A stretch of 64,000 nt of DNA, from positions 9,200-73,199 of the forward strand of contig NIVC01002085.1 in NCBI GenBank assembly GCA_002269645.1, in the 5' to 3' direction. This stretch comes from Macrostomum lignano. Lineage: Eukaryota. How positions within the stretch are numbered: the stretch's first letter is position 1; the number at the start of each line of letters is the position of its first letter. The position numbers were made by a program, and so were the translations under genes. This document shows, one piece after another, positions 13,316-25,640 of this stretch. The notes below the pieces were generated by a model, which saw nothing but the letters and a program-made list of their open reading frames with translations, was not told the origin of the DNA and did not search any database.

Positions 13316-13592
13316 TAGTGGCGGTGCAGCCTTGGCGGTGCGCAGTGGCGGCGATGCTGATTAAGGTAAATTCTGTGGATTAAGGGGGGAGGGGCGGTGG
13401 TTGGGTTTTCAAACCCCTCCCTCAGCGAATTTTTAAAATTAGAGTATACGCTATAATCTCACAAAAACGCATACAACGAGCGCTAAAAAACTAATGGTGG
13501 GTCACCCCACGGAAGGATGGTAGGGTGGTCTTAGGAGGGTGGTCACCCGGGGGCAGCAGCCCTCTCTGCCCCCCAACTTGGCGCCGCCACTG
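13316..13592. mobile_element. hAT-type MITE
   Basis: TAGTGGCGGTGC at the left end vs reverse complement CAGTGGCGGCGC at the right end (10/12). Flanking 8-mers GTTCTATT (13308-13315) and GTTGTATT (13593-13600) match 7/8, a probable 8-bp TSD. Confidence 0.75.
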
Positions 13593-14036
13593 GTTGTATT
13601 GATGAGGCCTAGGCCGACGTACGCGCAATGGTCCTAGTTCTGCGCAAAAATAAGGATATGGAGCCTGGCTGTGGCATGTGAATGTGAGAATTCGCGTTAG
13701 TCATCCAAGAGTAAAAATTCGCGGTCTGGTTCCTATTGGCTGGTTTGAAATCCCACAGCTCAAGTAGGCTGACTCTTACATTGGTAGGCCTAGTATTTCC
13801 TCACTACAGGCCAGCTTTAAAACTAGGCATAGGCTAGCTCTAAGAAGGCTAGGCCCTGAGTATTTATCCAAGTCTTGTTATCATTTAGGCCATTTTAGAA
13901 ATATATCTAGCTGTAGTAAAGCTCTTGAGTAACGCCTATCAATTGACAACCAGCTTTTAAGGTAAAGTACATTAAACTTTTACAATAATATCAAACCTAT
14001 TTTCCATTCAATTTTCAAAAAACAGGCTTACAGGGA

Positions 14037-17000
14037 GTCTGTCTATCAATCTACTTGGATCAAGGGTGCCTCTCTAACTGCTTCTGTCTATCAATCTACT
14101 TGGATCAAGGGCGCCTCTCTAACTGCTTCTGTCTATCAATCTACTTGGATCAAGGGTGCCTCTCTAACTGCTTCTGTCTATCAATCTACTTGGATCAAGG
14201 GTGCCTCTCTAACTGCTTCTGTCTATCAATCTACTTGGATCAAGGGCGCCTCTCTAACTGCTTCTGTCTATCAATCTACTTGGATCAAGGGTGCCTCTCT
14301 AACTGCTTCTGTCTATCAATCTACTTGGATCAAGGGCGCCTCTCTAACTGCTTCTGTCTATCAATCTACTTGGATCAAGGGTGCCTCTCTAACTGCTTCT
14401 GTCCATCAATCTACATGTATGAAGGGCGCCTCTCTAACTGCATCTGTCCATCAATCTACATGTATGAAGGGCGCCTCTCTAACTGCTTCTGTCTATCAAT
14501 CTACTTGGATCAAGGGCGCCTCTCTAACTGCTTCTGTCTATCAATCTACTTGGATCAAGGGCGCCTCTCTAACTGCTTCTGTCTATCAATCTACTTGGAT
14601 CAAGGGCGCCTCTCTAACTGCTTCTGTCCATCAATCTACATGTATGAAGGGCGCCTCTCTAACTGCGAATTCTGTCCATCAATCTACTTGTATGAAGGGC
14701 GCCTCTCTAACTGCTTCTGTCTATCAATCTACTTGGATCAAGGGCGCCTCTCTAACTGCTTCTGTCTATCAATCTACTTGGATCAAGGGCGCCTCTCTAA
14801 CTGCTTCTGTCCATCAATCTACATGTATGAAGGGCGCCTCTCTAACTGCTTCTGTCTATCAATCTACTTGGATCAAGGGCGCCTCTCTAACTGCTTCTGT
14901 CTATCAATCTACTTGGATCAAGGGCGCCTCTCTAACTGCTTCTGTCCATCAATCTACATGTATGAAGGGCGCCTCTCTAACTGCTTCTGTCCATCAATCT
15001 ACTTGTATGAAGGGCGCCTCTCTAACTGCTTCTGTCTATCAATCTACTTGGATCAAGGGCGCCTCTCTAACTGCTTCTGTCTATCAATCTACTTGGATCA
15101 AGGGCGCCTCTCTAACTGCTTCTGTCTATCAATCTACATGTATGAAGGGCGCCTCTCTAACTGCTTCTGTCCATCAATCTACATGTATGAAGGGCGCCTC
15201 TCTAACTGCTTCTGTCCATCAATCTACATGTATGAAGGGCGCCTCTCTAACTGCTTCTGTCCATCAATCTACATGTATGAAGGGCGCCTCTCTAACTGCT
15301 TCTGTCCATCAATCTACATGTATGAAGGGCGCCTCTCTAACTGCTTCTGTCTATCAATCTACATGTATGAATGGCGCCTCTCTAACTGCTTCTGTCTATC
15401 AATCTACTTGGATCAAGGGCGCTCTCTAACTGCTTCTGTCCATCAATCTACATGTATGAAGGGCGCCTCTCTAACTGCTTCTGTCTATCAATCTACTTGG
15501 ATCAAGGGCGCCTCTCTAACTGCTTCTGTCTATCAATCTACTTGGATCAAGGGCGCCTCTCTAACTGCTTCTGTCCATCAATCTACATGTATGAAAGGCG
15601 CCTCTCTAACTGCTTCTGTCCATCAATCTACATGTATGAAGGGCGCCTCTCTAACTGCTTCTGTCCATCAATCTACATGTATGAAGGGCGCCTCTCTAAC
15701 TGCTTCTGTCCATCAATCTACATGTATGAAGGGCGCCTCTCTAACTGCTTCTGTCTATCAATCTACTTGGATCAAGGGCGCCTCTCTAACTGCTTCTGTC
15801 TATCAATCTACTTGGATCAAGGGCGCCTCTCTAACTGCTTCTGTCCATCAATCTACATGTATGAAGGGCGCCTCTCTAACTGCGAATTCTGTCCATCAAT
15901 CTACTTGTATGAAGGGCGCCTCTCTAACTGCTTCTGTCTATCAATCTACTTGGATCAAGGGCGCCTCTCTAACTGCTTCTGTCTATCAATCTACTTGGAT
16001 CAAGGGCGCCTCTCTAACTGCTTCTGTCTATCAATCTACATGTATGAAGGGCGCCTCTCTAACTGCTTCTGTCCATCAATCTACATGTATGAAGGGCGCC
16101 TCTCTAACTGCTTCTGTCCATCAATCTACATGTATGAAGGGCGCCTCTCTAGCTGCTTCTGTCCATCAATCTACATGTATGAAGGGCGCCTCTCTAACTG
16201 CTTCTGTCCATCAATCTACATGTATGAAGGGCGCCTCTCTAACTGCTTCTGTCCATCAATCTACATGTATGAAGGGCGCCTCTCTAACTGCTTCTGTCTA
16301 TCAATCTACTTGGATCAAGGGCGCCTCTCTAACTGCTTCTGTCTATCAATCTACTTGGATCAAGGGCGCCTCTCTAACTGCTTCTGTCCATCAATCTACA
16401 TGTATGAAGGGCGCCTCTCTAACTGCATCTGTCCATCAATCTACATGTATGAAGGGCGCCTCTCTAACTGCTTCTGTCTATCAATCTACTTGGATCAAGG
16501 GCGCCTCTCTAACTGCTTCTGTCTATCAATCTACTTGGATCAAGGGCGCCTCTCTAACTGCTTCTGTCTATCAATCTACTTGGATCAAGGGCGCCTCTCT
16601 AACTGCTTCTGTCCATCAATCTACATGTATGAAGGGCGCCTCTCTAACTGCGAATTCTGTCCATCAATCTACTTGTATGAAGGGCGCCTCTCTAACTGCT
16701 TCTGTCTATCAATCTACATGTATGAATGGCGCCTCTCTAACTGCTTCTGTCTATCAATCTACTTGGATCAAGGGCGCTCTCTAACTGCTTCTGTCCATCA
16801 ATCTACATGTATGAAGGGCGCCTCTCTAACTGCTTCTGTCTATCAATCTACTTGGATCAAGGGCGCTCTCTAACTGCTTCTGTCCATCAATCTACATGTA
16901 TGAAGGGCGCCTCTCTAACTGCTTCTGTCTATCAATCTACTTGGATCAAGGGCGCCTCTCTAACTGCTTCTGTCTATCAATCTACTTGGATCAAGGGCGC

Positions 17001-18421
17001 CTCTCTAACTGCTTCTGTCCATCAATCTACATGTATGAAGGGCGCCTCTCTAACTGCTTCTGTCTATCAATCTACATGTATGAAGGGCGCCTCTCTAACT
17101 GCGAATTCTGTCTATCAATCTACATGTATGAAGGGCGCCTCTCTAACTGCTTCTGTCTATCAATCTACATGTATGAAGGGCGCCTCTCTAACTGCTTCTG
17201 TCCATCAATCTACATGTATGAAGGGCGCCTCTCTAACTGCTTCTGTCTATCAATCTACTTGGATCAAGGGCGCCTCTCTAACTGCTTCCGTCCATCAATC
17301 TACATGTATGAAGGGCGCCTCTGTAACTGCTTCCGTCCATCAATCTACATGTATGAAGGGCGCCTCTCTAACTGCTTCTGTCCATCAATCTACTTGTATG
17401 AAGGGCGCCTCTCTAACTGCTTCTGTCCTGCATCAATCTACATGTATGAAGGGCGCCTCTCTAACTGCTTCTGTCCATCAATCTACATGTATGAAGGGCG
17501 CCTCTCTAACTGCGAATTCTGTCCATCAATCTACATGTATGAATGGCGCCTCTCTAACTGCGAATTCTGTCCATCAATCTACTTGTATGAAGGGCGCCTC
17601 TCTAACTGCTTCTGTCTATCAATCTACATGTATGAATGGCGCCTCTCTAACTGCTTCTGTCTATCAATCTACATGTATGAAGGGCGCCTCTCTAACTGCT
17701 TCTGTCTATCAATCTACATGTATGAAGGGCGCCTCTCTAACTGCTTCTGTCCATCAATCTACATGTATGAAGGGCGCCTCTCTAACTGCTTCTGTCCATC
17801 AATCTACATGTATGAATGGCGCCTCTCTAACTGCGAATTCTGTCCATCAATCTACTTGTATGAAGGGCGCCTCTCTAACTGCGAATTCTTTCCATCAATC
17901 TACATGTATGAAGGGCGCCTCTCTAACTGCTTCTGTCTATCAATCTACTTGTATGAAGGGCGCCTCTCTAACTGTTTCTGTCTATCAATCTACATGTATG
18001 AAGGGCGCCTCTCTAACTGCTTCTGTCTATCAATCTACATGTATGAAGGGCGCCTCTCTAACTGCTTCTGTCCATCAATCTACATGTATGAATGGCGCCT
18101 CTCTAACTGCGAATTCTGTCCATCAATCTACATGTATGAAGGGCGCCTCTCTAACTGCTTCTGTCTATCAATCTACATGTATGAAGGGCGCCTCTCTAAC
18201 TGCTTCTGTCTATCAATCTACTTGGATCAAGGGCGCTCTCTAACTGCTTCTGTCCATCAATCTACATGTATGAAGGGCGCCTCTCTAACTGTTTCTGTCC
18301 ATCAATCTACATGTATGAAGGGCGCCTCTCTAACTGCTTCTGTCCATCAATCTACATGTATGAAGGGCGCCTCTCTAACTGCTTCTGTCCATCAATCTAC
18401 ATGTATTAAGGGCGCCTCTCT
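14037..18421. repeat. 45-bp satellite, about 97 copies, two interleaved unit types
   Basis: GTCTATCAATCTACTTGGATCAAGGGCGCCTCTCTAACTGCTTCT (type A) and GTCCATCAATCTACATGTATGAAGGG... (type B). Recurrent +3 (GCGAATTC) and -2 (GGGCGCTCT) variants. Confidence 0.97.
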
Positions 18422-19069
18422 GCATTTGTCTATTAATATATCTGGGAGTAGGCGACTCTTCACCGCCTTGTATAGTTCTCCGTCCTACCATCATATAATT
18501 TGTCAGATCTTTGAAATTTCCCCGTTCTGATAGGGCCTAGGCCTATAGCCTAGCATATATCTGTTTCTTTTCTAATAAGGGTTTTACTAAATGTATATTA
18601 TTGTAGTCATATTATTAAATTTTATATTGTGCCTTTGGCTTTGCTCGTATTACTTACAGTTACAATACTCGTAATTGTACTTATTTACAATTAAATTAAA
18701 TTAGACGTTTACTAGGCCTTTTACTCTTCAATTATACAGTAAAGCGGCAACCATTAGGCCTAGTAGGCCGCGCCTATCTTGGCCTGTCTTGTTGATTCGA
18801 TCTTCTTTTCTATGTTGCAGAATTCTTAAAAGAAAATGTATATGGAATTATATGTCGCTTTTAGCTACTGTTAGTAGAAATAAAAGCATTTAATAGGAAT
18901 ATTTTGTCAAAATGGAAAAATCCTCCTATGTATTTTGCATTAAAATTGGTACATTTTTAAGCAAAAAATATTTGCAATTACGTGGCTTAAATGAGTTGTT
19001 CTTTTAAAAAAAAGATCTTATTCAATGTAAGGTAGAAGAATCAAGCGAGAAATAAGTTTTTTTGGACAA

Positions 19070-19559
19070 TTTTTGTTCGTTCGGTTTTGAAGATTCTTCT
19101 GTTCGGTTGATGATTCTGAAATCTGAAAACCGAACCGAACATGTAATTTGGTATCATCAACCGAACACTAGAATTTTTTGCTTAACTATACATCAGATTG
19201 GTATGTGTGTTATATTACTTTGTAGAAAATTTAACACTGAATTCAAAAAGTATTTTGTTTTGAATGTAAGTTAAAAATTGTGGTCTGTAGACCAATTCTT
19301 CTGCAGACATCCCAAATCAAGAAAAAACTCTGAAACGCGTATTTCTTTAATAATTTCTATCAATAATGCTCATTTTCTCGAGTATCTATTGAGTAGATTG
19401 TCTAAACTTTATCTCATTTTGTAGATGAGAATGTTTTCTTTCAAATGATATGGCACTTTTATAGACTCTTTAAATATATTTCCAATGAGACAGTAAAAAC
19501 GAAAGTCACTTGCATGTTCGGTTTTGAAGATCCCTTGTTCGGTTGATGAGATCTTACCC
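19070..19559 (-). mobile_element. End of a TA-flanked DNA transposon, same TIR family as 3394
   Basis: Ends TGTTCGGTTGATGAGATCTTACCC followed by TA, with multiple GTTCGGTT/AACCGAAC subterminal repeats between 19075 and 19545. Inner boundary approximate. Confidence 0.6.
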
Positions 19560-20230
19560 TAGCCATAGGCTATATTGCCTATATGACTTAATAGGATTTA
19601 AAGAGTTATTTTGTTTCATAATTTAAGGCAGTGCATGAAAAATAGCTTAAGCATGGTTAAGCCTTTAAAGAAAAATGGTTATAAGACCACACTAAACCAT
19701 CTACTTTTTTAAATTCAGGGTGCGATTTTAAAATTTAGGGTGCATACGCACACTCTGTGCACAAAAAACCCTGATCACAAATGGGATTTAGTAAAGCTAT
19801 AAGACTAGGCCTATAGCTAGCTTTAAAGATGTTGCAATTTATCTAACACATCCTATATAATGAACTTTGTTTAAAATTTAAAAATTTTCAACATATAGCC
19901 ATAGGCATACTAATTATAATAATAAAGTCAGATTCGATGTTTATCAAGTTGATCTATGCTATAATTGATATACCTAGTCTAAAGCCATTTTAAATGCTAA
20001 GAGAAAAGTTTTAGCTTAAAGAACAACCAACTTTATTAGAAGGCTATATCTATATTAAATTAAAAGGCAATGTCGTATTAGCTGTCAAGTTAATCAAGGG
20101 TCTTTTTTGTTAAAAACATTTTTAGGCAGTGATGGGCACTAGCACCACTAAATTTGAATTCCGCTAAACTGCCGGCTAATGTTTTGTTAGTGCCGCTAAT
20201 TCTGTTAAATTCGAATTCCAATTAGCACAC

Positions 20231-21363
20231 TAGTATTCCGCCGCCGCGAGTTTTGACCTCCGTAACCGTAACCATAGCCGTAAGAAAGAAGCAACTTCCG
20301 TAGCCAAATTTTGCCGTCATTACGGGCTAAAAAAGTCCGTAACCGTAATTTGCCGTAACCGTAGCCATAATGTATAACAAAAATTGATATTTTTGCATGA
20401 AAAGTAGGGCAGACAGAAAAGGACAGATAAAAAGGATAAAAGGATAGCAATAAAACCTACTTGTTGTTCGTTCATGCATTAATATTCATTTATTTTTTCG
20501 TAAATATAATATCTTTATCGAAGTATTCTATAGCATTGCTGTATGCAATTGTGTGCTTGGTGCCTTTTTCAGTTTTCTGTGTCGTGATTCTGTTTTGTTT
20601 CGCTACAATATGAATATATGACTTACGTGCCAAGGTCAATGTGTATGTTTAATATCATTAAATAAATATATGAATTTGTTCAAATAAAACTGCTTCAAAA
20701 TTTCCGATGACTAAGAAATTGCATGTTACATTTTTCATTTTCATTTTATTGCATTGTCTATTGTATTGTCTTCTTTGGTTTCAATCAATTTTCAATCATA
20801 ATTCATATTCTTATCCTATTAGTATTTATTTAGTATTTCCTTATTAATATTCTTTCATCCTTATCCTCATAATCTAAATCTAATATCCTATTTTTATGCT
20901 AAGGAGCTAAATGTTACATATGGCTAAGAAATAAGAATGCCAGATTCTTAGTCTCTTGTAGGCTTTGACTGGCTTTCTCTGTCTCGCTGCTATCATGCTA
21001 TCGCTATGCTATGCTATGCCGTATGCCTAATGAGAAAATTCGCGAAAAAATTCGTTTTTCATTTTCCAGAAGTTTCGTAGATATTTAGAAACTTAACAAA
21101 TGTAAAAAATAATAATAACTAGTAAAACGAAAACTGGTTGAAGTTGATATAAAAAAATTCTTTTATAACACTAAACAGTTAAAAATAAATAATTTTTGTT
21201 ACGGCTACCAATTACGGCAAGTCTAGAAAAATCTCCGTAATCCGTAACCGTAACCGTAAGCTCAAAATATGTCCGTAACCGTAATCCGTAATGAAAATAC
21301 GGCTTCAAAAGTGTCGTAGCCGTAATTTGCCGTAGCCGTAGCCGTAATTATGGCAGAACACTA
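20231..21363. mobile_element. hAT-type non-autonomous element nested inside the 20127-22238 element
   Basis: Ends TAGTATTCCGCC / GGCAGAACACTA (10/12 inverted). Perfect 8-bp TSD TAGCACAC at 20223-20230 and 21364-21371. Dense CCGTAA/CCGTAG subterminal repeats at both ends. Confidence 0.92.
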
Positions 21364-21807
21364 TAGCACACCCTATCAAAGCGCCACTAATATTTTCTAA
21401 AAATCGCTAATTGCACTAAATTCATTTTTTGCTATAAAACTAGATGGTTAATGACTGTTTAATACTTAAAATGAGACCCTATTTGAGTAATAAGTTAAAT
21501 ATTACATAAATCTACCTATACTAAATCTTTAATAAGTTTCTAATTTTCTTAGAAATTCAAAACAAAATTTGTATATTTTGTTTGCTTTCATTATCAACAA
21601 TTAATCTTGTTTTTGTCATTGACTTTCAAAAGTTTTCTTACTGCTTTTAATTTGTTAGCAAAAAGTTGTTGAATAATTTAATTTAATATAATATTTTAAT
21701 TAAAGAATTCAATGTTCAACTCAGTTGATATTCTAAGCGATGATGCGAAGCAACAGGCTATCAACAGGGTGATGGTGGGGTTAATAAATCCCATGCCACC
21801 ATTTTAA

Positions 21808-21948
21808 GCTGATGATCTTGCCTTCCTTCTTGAGTATAAGAAGGCTATAGCCTTGGTTGCAAGGGCCCTTGACATTTTTAAGGCAAACAGCATTGTAATT
21901 TAGGAACTCTTTCTACCAACTGTTGCTCTGACAGTTCAGCGGCTTGAG
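21808..21948 (+). pseudogene. hAT transposase remnant (frameshifted)
   Basis: Reads ADDLAFLLEYKKAIALVARALDI, then after frameshifts ...KQHCNLGTL / LPTVALTVQRLE. This resembles the hAT (Ac/Tol2-like) segment EY..VM.PVA.ALD.LQGE.....G.LLPT; the comparison is from memory. Confidence 0.65.
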
Positions 21949-22628
21949 GATTTTTTATTAGGATTGATAATAAAAACAAATTATTAGCAATAGCATTATT
22001 AGCTTATTCATTTAAAACATATGAGTTAAAAATGTGCAAAAATGCATAAATATGTGTGAAATGGCAGTTTATATTAAATTTATTTATTAATTTGCGCATT
22101 TCAAAATTAGCAGCACTAATTGCGCTAAATTCAAAGTAGAAATTGTGCCCGCTATTAGTGATCGCTAATTTTTTTCTATCAGTTAGCAACAGCGCTAATT
22201 AGTGGCGCTAAAAATAAATTTAGCAGTGCCTATCACTGTTTTTAGGTCTGTCAAAAGTGGAATGCCTATATTATTATCAGGGTTTATTCTTAGAACTTTT
22301 AAAATCATTATAATTATTGTGATTTAAAAACTGCAAGACTTAGATCTATTGGGTCCAAGAGGCTTAGCAATGTAAATGAGACTCATAAGGTAGATATGTC
22401 TGGTTTTTTATCTCATTTTGAACTTTTGAGTACTGCCAGCCTAGCTAGTATTAGAACACTCCAAGGGTCAAGTCCCTACTTTTCTAGGAGAGTCCAGTAT
22501 GGTTATAATAATATAAATGCAAATAATTTACAGTACATTTTTTAAAATTGTTTGTTGTACATTAAAAGTTTTGCATAGATTTGAAGCTTTAACTACAGAA
22601 CATATTTTTATTATAATCTGCCATCCAG

Positions 22629-22967
22629 GTCATCAAGTGCAACCTGTGGCCTCTGTTAAATCTGCTGTCACTCTGTCAACTCGAACTAGTTCCGAAGGTG
22701 CCCACATCAACATCACCTGCTCATTTGATGGGCCGCCTCCATTTGGAGCCACCACTGTGCCATCCTTGGTTCGATTCCAATCGCCAACGCCATTCATGGC
22801 TCTGGAAGAGTCAGATCTGGACGATTCCACACAGAGTCCAACATCGCAACCCAGACAGATTATTGACAATACTAATTGGCGGCTGAATAAGCCCTGGGCC
22901 GACTTTCCTGCCAGATACAGTCCCATTGTTAGGCATAACGATACTAGCGTCACATTTCAGATTGTTG
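22629..22967 (+). CDS. Gene A exon: N-terminal part of an Ig-like domain of a cell-surface glycoprotein
   Basis: Acceptor ccatccag, donor gtgagc, phase 1 to 1. Encodes HQVQPVAS...INITCSFDG...NDTSVTFQIV, including a B-strand-like Cys. Confidence 0.8.
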
Positions 22968-23026
22968 GTGAGCGATGGCGATTGTTCATTCACTATTTAA
23001 GCATTTAACAGTATTTTTTAAAATTA

Positions 23027-23334
23027 GGATGGCTTGTAGCCTAGTGGTTAGAGCGTCGGACTCACGACTTAAAGGTCAGGGGTTCGATTCCCGATTACAC
23101 TATTTAGAACAATTTGTGTCCTTGAGCAAGACACTTAACTCTGCATTGCGTCAGTTCACCCAGCTGCAAATTGGGTGTTGCAGCATTAGCTGGGGGGTAA
23201 TTGAGGGTGTGTGTGGCAACCCCCCCCCCCAGTCTTTAGACTGAACAGCCGTACGCAGCCTTCAGTAGATGCGGCTGAGCTGTCGGTTGCACATCTGTCC
23301 TCTGGTGCAGGTGTAATCAATTATTATTATTATT
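23027..23334 (+). mobile_element. tRNA-derived SINE with CORE-like central domain, in gene A intron
   Basis: Box A TAGCCTAGTGG, box B GGTTCGATTCC, then GTGTCCTTGAGCAAGACACTTAACTC (CORE-SINE-like) and a (TTA)n tail. AAATTAGG on both sides (23021-23028, 23341-23348) is a possible TSD. Confidence 0.85.
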
Positions 23335-23898
23335 GAAAGGAAATTAGGCTTCTCTCACACCACATCATCTACACCTAGCAGCAGCCATCTACACAGTTTG
23401 CCTGTACAAAGCAGCTATCTAAACTCTAAAAGCTCTTATGCTATGTAACAACACAACTAGGGTTTCCTGTCCTCTGCTTTCGGAGCTTTTTTTCTTTGGG
23501 ATTTCTTTGACCTGTTCCTCCATTCCAACAGGGAAGCTATGTAGCTGATAAAGAGGGTAGTGAAAGTAAAAAAGAGAGGGAAGTGAAGTACTACATGCTA
23601 GAGAAATAGGCGTTACTAATAACTGACTGACAGCTGCGTTTGGAGTGCGCCTAAGTGAGGCAGACAGATATAGTCTACCTGTGTGGGCCTGTGTGCGCGC
23701 GTTAGGCTACTTTAAAGCTCATAATGGGTCAAAGCCCCTGGCTGGAAGGAACAACACATACGCACAGGGGTCTATTTTTTACTGATTTGCTAATTGTGAC
23801 TATAATTAGTGTCTCGTTAGTAGTTTTTGCTTGTTTCTAGTCACGAACTGAATCTCTTTGCTCGAATACTAATGACATCCTATTATTTGTTATTTCAG

Positions 23899-23985
23899 GC
23901 GCTATCGCTCAGGATACTGGATATTATGGCTGTCAGTTCAATTCCGACTATAGCGCGTTTAAGCCGCTCCTGGTGTATGCTAAAA
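23899..23985 (+). CDS. Gene A exon completing the Ig domain (D-x-G-x-Y-x-C motif)
   Basis: Acceptor tatttcag, donor gtaagt, phase 1 to 1. Translates GAIAQDTGYYGCQFNSDYSAFKPLLVYAK, in frame with the previous exon. Confidence 0.88.
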
Positions 23986-24316
23986 GTAAGTTTTTACCTT
24001 CGAAAAGTTTAATTTTTGGTTTTCCAAATTTCCGCTAAAACATTTAGAGGCCGAATGCGTTGCTTAAAGTACTTTTATATAAAGACCGGATTCGTCACTC
24101 AAAAGTCTTTTAGTTGAAGGCTGAATTTGACATGTTAAAGTACTTTTATTTAAAGGCCGGATTCATCGCTTAAAAAGTACTTTATTCAAAAGCCCGATTC
24201 GTCGCCTAAAAGTACTTATATTCGAATTCGAATTCGTCATAATTAAGTACTTTATCAGAGACAAGTTTAAATTAGAGGCTGAATATACTGCTTTAAATGT
24301 ACTTGTATTCCCGCAG

Positions 24317-24585
24317 ACATTTCCGTCAATGCCAGTGTTCTGATTGGCTCCCAAACGAACGTATCAAAGATTGGCAACGAGCTGGAAGTGACATTCAATG
24401 GCATCAACTCGCAATACGTTGAATTGGCCGTTCGGCTAATTAGCAACTATGCTAATCTGTCATTCACTGCTCAATTATTTAGCAATCGGAGTTTGCAAAG
24501 CTATTCGGTTGTGTCCCCCAATGCCGATAAAGTTTCTTGTCAACAAGAGGTTTTCTGCCTGTGGAATGTTCAGTTGTATAAGCAG
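24317..24585 (+). CDS. Gene A exon, extracellular region
   Basis: Acceptor ttcccgcag, donor gtgggt, phase 1 to 0. Encodes NISVNASVLIG...CLWNVQLYKQ with several N-glycosylation sequons. Confidence 0.82.
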
Positions 24586-24639
24586 GTGGGTGTCAACATT
24601 CAACTTATCAGCTATGACCTGACGATGACCTTAGATTCG

Positions 24640-25607
24640 TATGACCCAACCATGATCATAGATTCCTACGACCCATCGATGACCTTATAGATTCCTATGA
24701 CCCATCGATGACCTTATAGATTTCCATGACCCATCGATGACCTTATAGATTCCTATGACCCATCGATGACCTTATAGATTTCCATGACCCATCGATGACC
24801 TTATAGATTCCTACGACCCATCGATGACCTTATAGATTCCTACGACCCATCGATGACCTTATAGATTTCCATGACCCATCGATGACCTTATAGATTCCTA
24901 TGACCCATCGATGACCTTATAGATTTCCATGACTCATCGATGACCATATAGATTTCCATGACCCATCGATGACCTTATAGATTCCTATGACCCATCGATG
25001 AACTTATAGATTTCCATGACTCATCGATGACCATATAGATTTCCATGACCCATCGATGACCTTATAGATTCCTATGACCCATCGATGACCTTATAGATTT
25101 CCATGACTCATCGATGACCATATAGATTTCCATGACCCATCGATGACCTTATAGATTCCTATGACCCATCGATGAACTTATAGATTCCTATGACCCATCG
25201 ATGACCTTATAGATTCCTATGACCCATCGATGACCTTATAGATTTCCATGACTCATCGATGACCATATAGATTTCCATGACCCATCGATGACCTTATAGA
25301 TTCCTATGACCCATCGATGAACTTATAGATTCCTATGACCCATCGATGACCTTATAGATTCCTATGACCCATCGATGACCTCATAGATTTCCATGACCCA
25401 TCGATGACATTATAGATTCCTATGACCCATCGATGACCTTATAGATTCCTATGACCCATCGATGACCTCATAGATTTCCATGACCCATCGATGACCTTAT
25501 AGATTCCTATGACCCATCGATGACCTCATAGATTTCCATGACCCATCTATGACATTATAGATTCCTATGACAATCGATGACCTCATAGATTTCCATGACC
25601 CATCGAT
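24640..25607. repeat. 29-bp intronic minisatellite, about 33 copies (GACCCATCGATGACCTTATAGATTCCTAT)
   Basis: Period 29 (24661 to 24690). Degenerate proto-copies lie at the 5' edge. Fills gene A intron 24586-25640. Confidence 0.95.
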
Positions 25608-25640
25608 TAAATAAATCATCCTCCATTCCCCCACCTGCAG

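Larger units (their letters stand above)
20127..22238 (+). mobile_element. Non-autonomous hAT transposon (deletion derivative) with transposase relic
   Basis: TIRs CAGTGATGGGCACT / AGTGCCTATCACTG (13/14). Perfect 8-bp TSD TTTTTAGG at 20119-20126 and 22239-22246. GCGCTAA-like subterminal repeats at both ends. Confidence 0.93.

Noticed and set aside
14055-18530. Cys-rich 15-aa repeat ORFs up to 909 aa (CLSIYLDQGRLSNCF / ASVYQSTWIKGASLT)
   Set aside because: Two frames are equally open, recurrent -2 and +1 variants switch frames, and there is no signal peptide or unique terminal domain.
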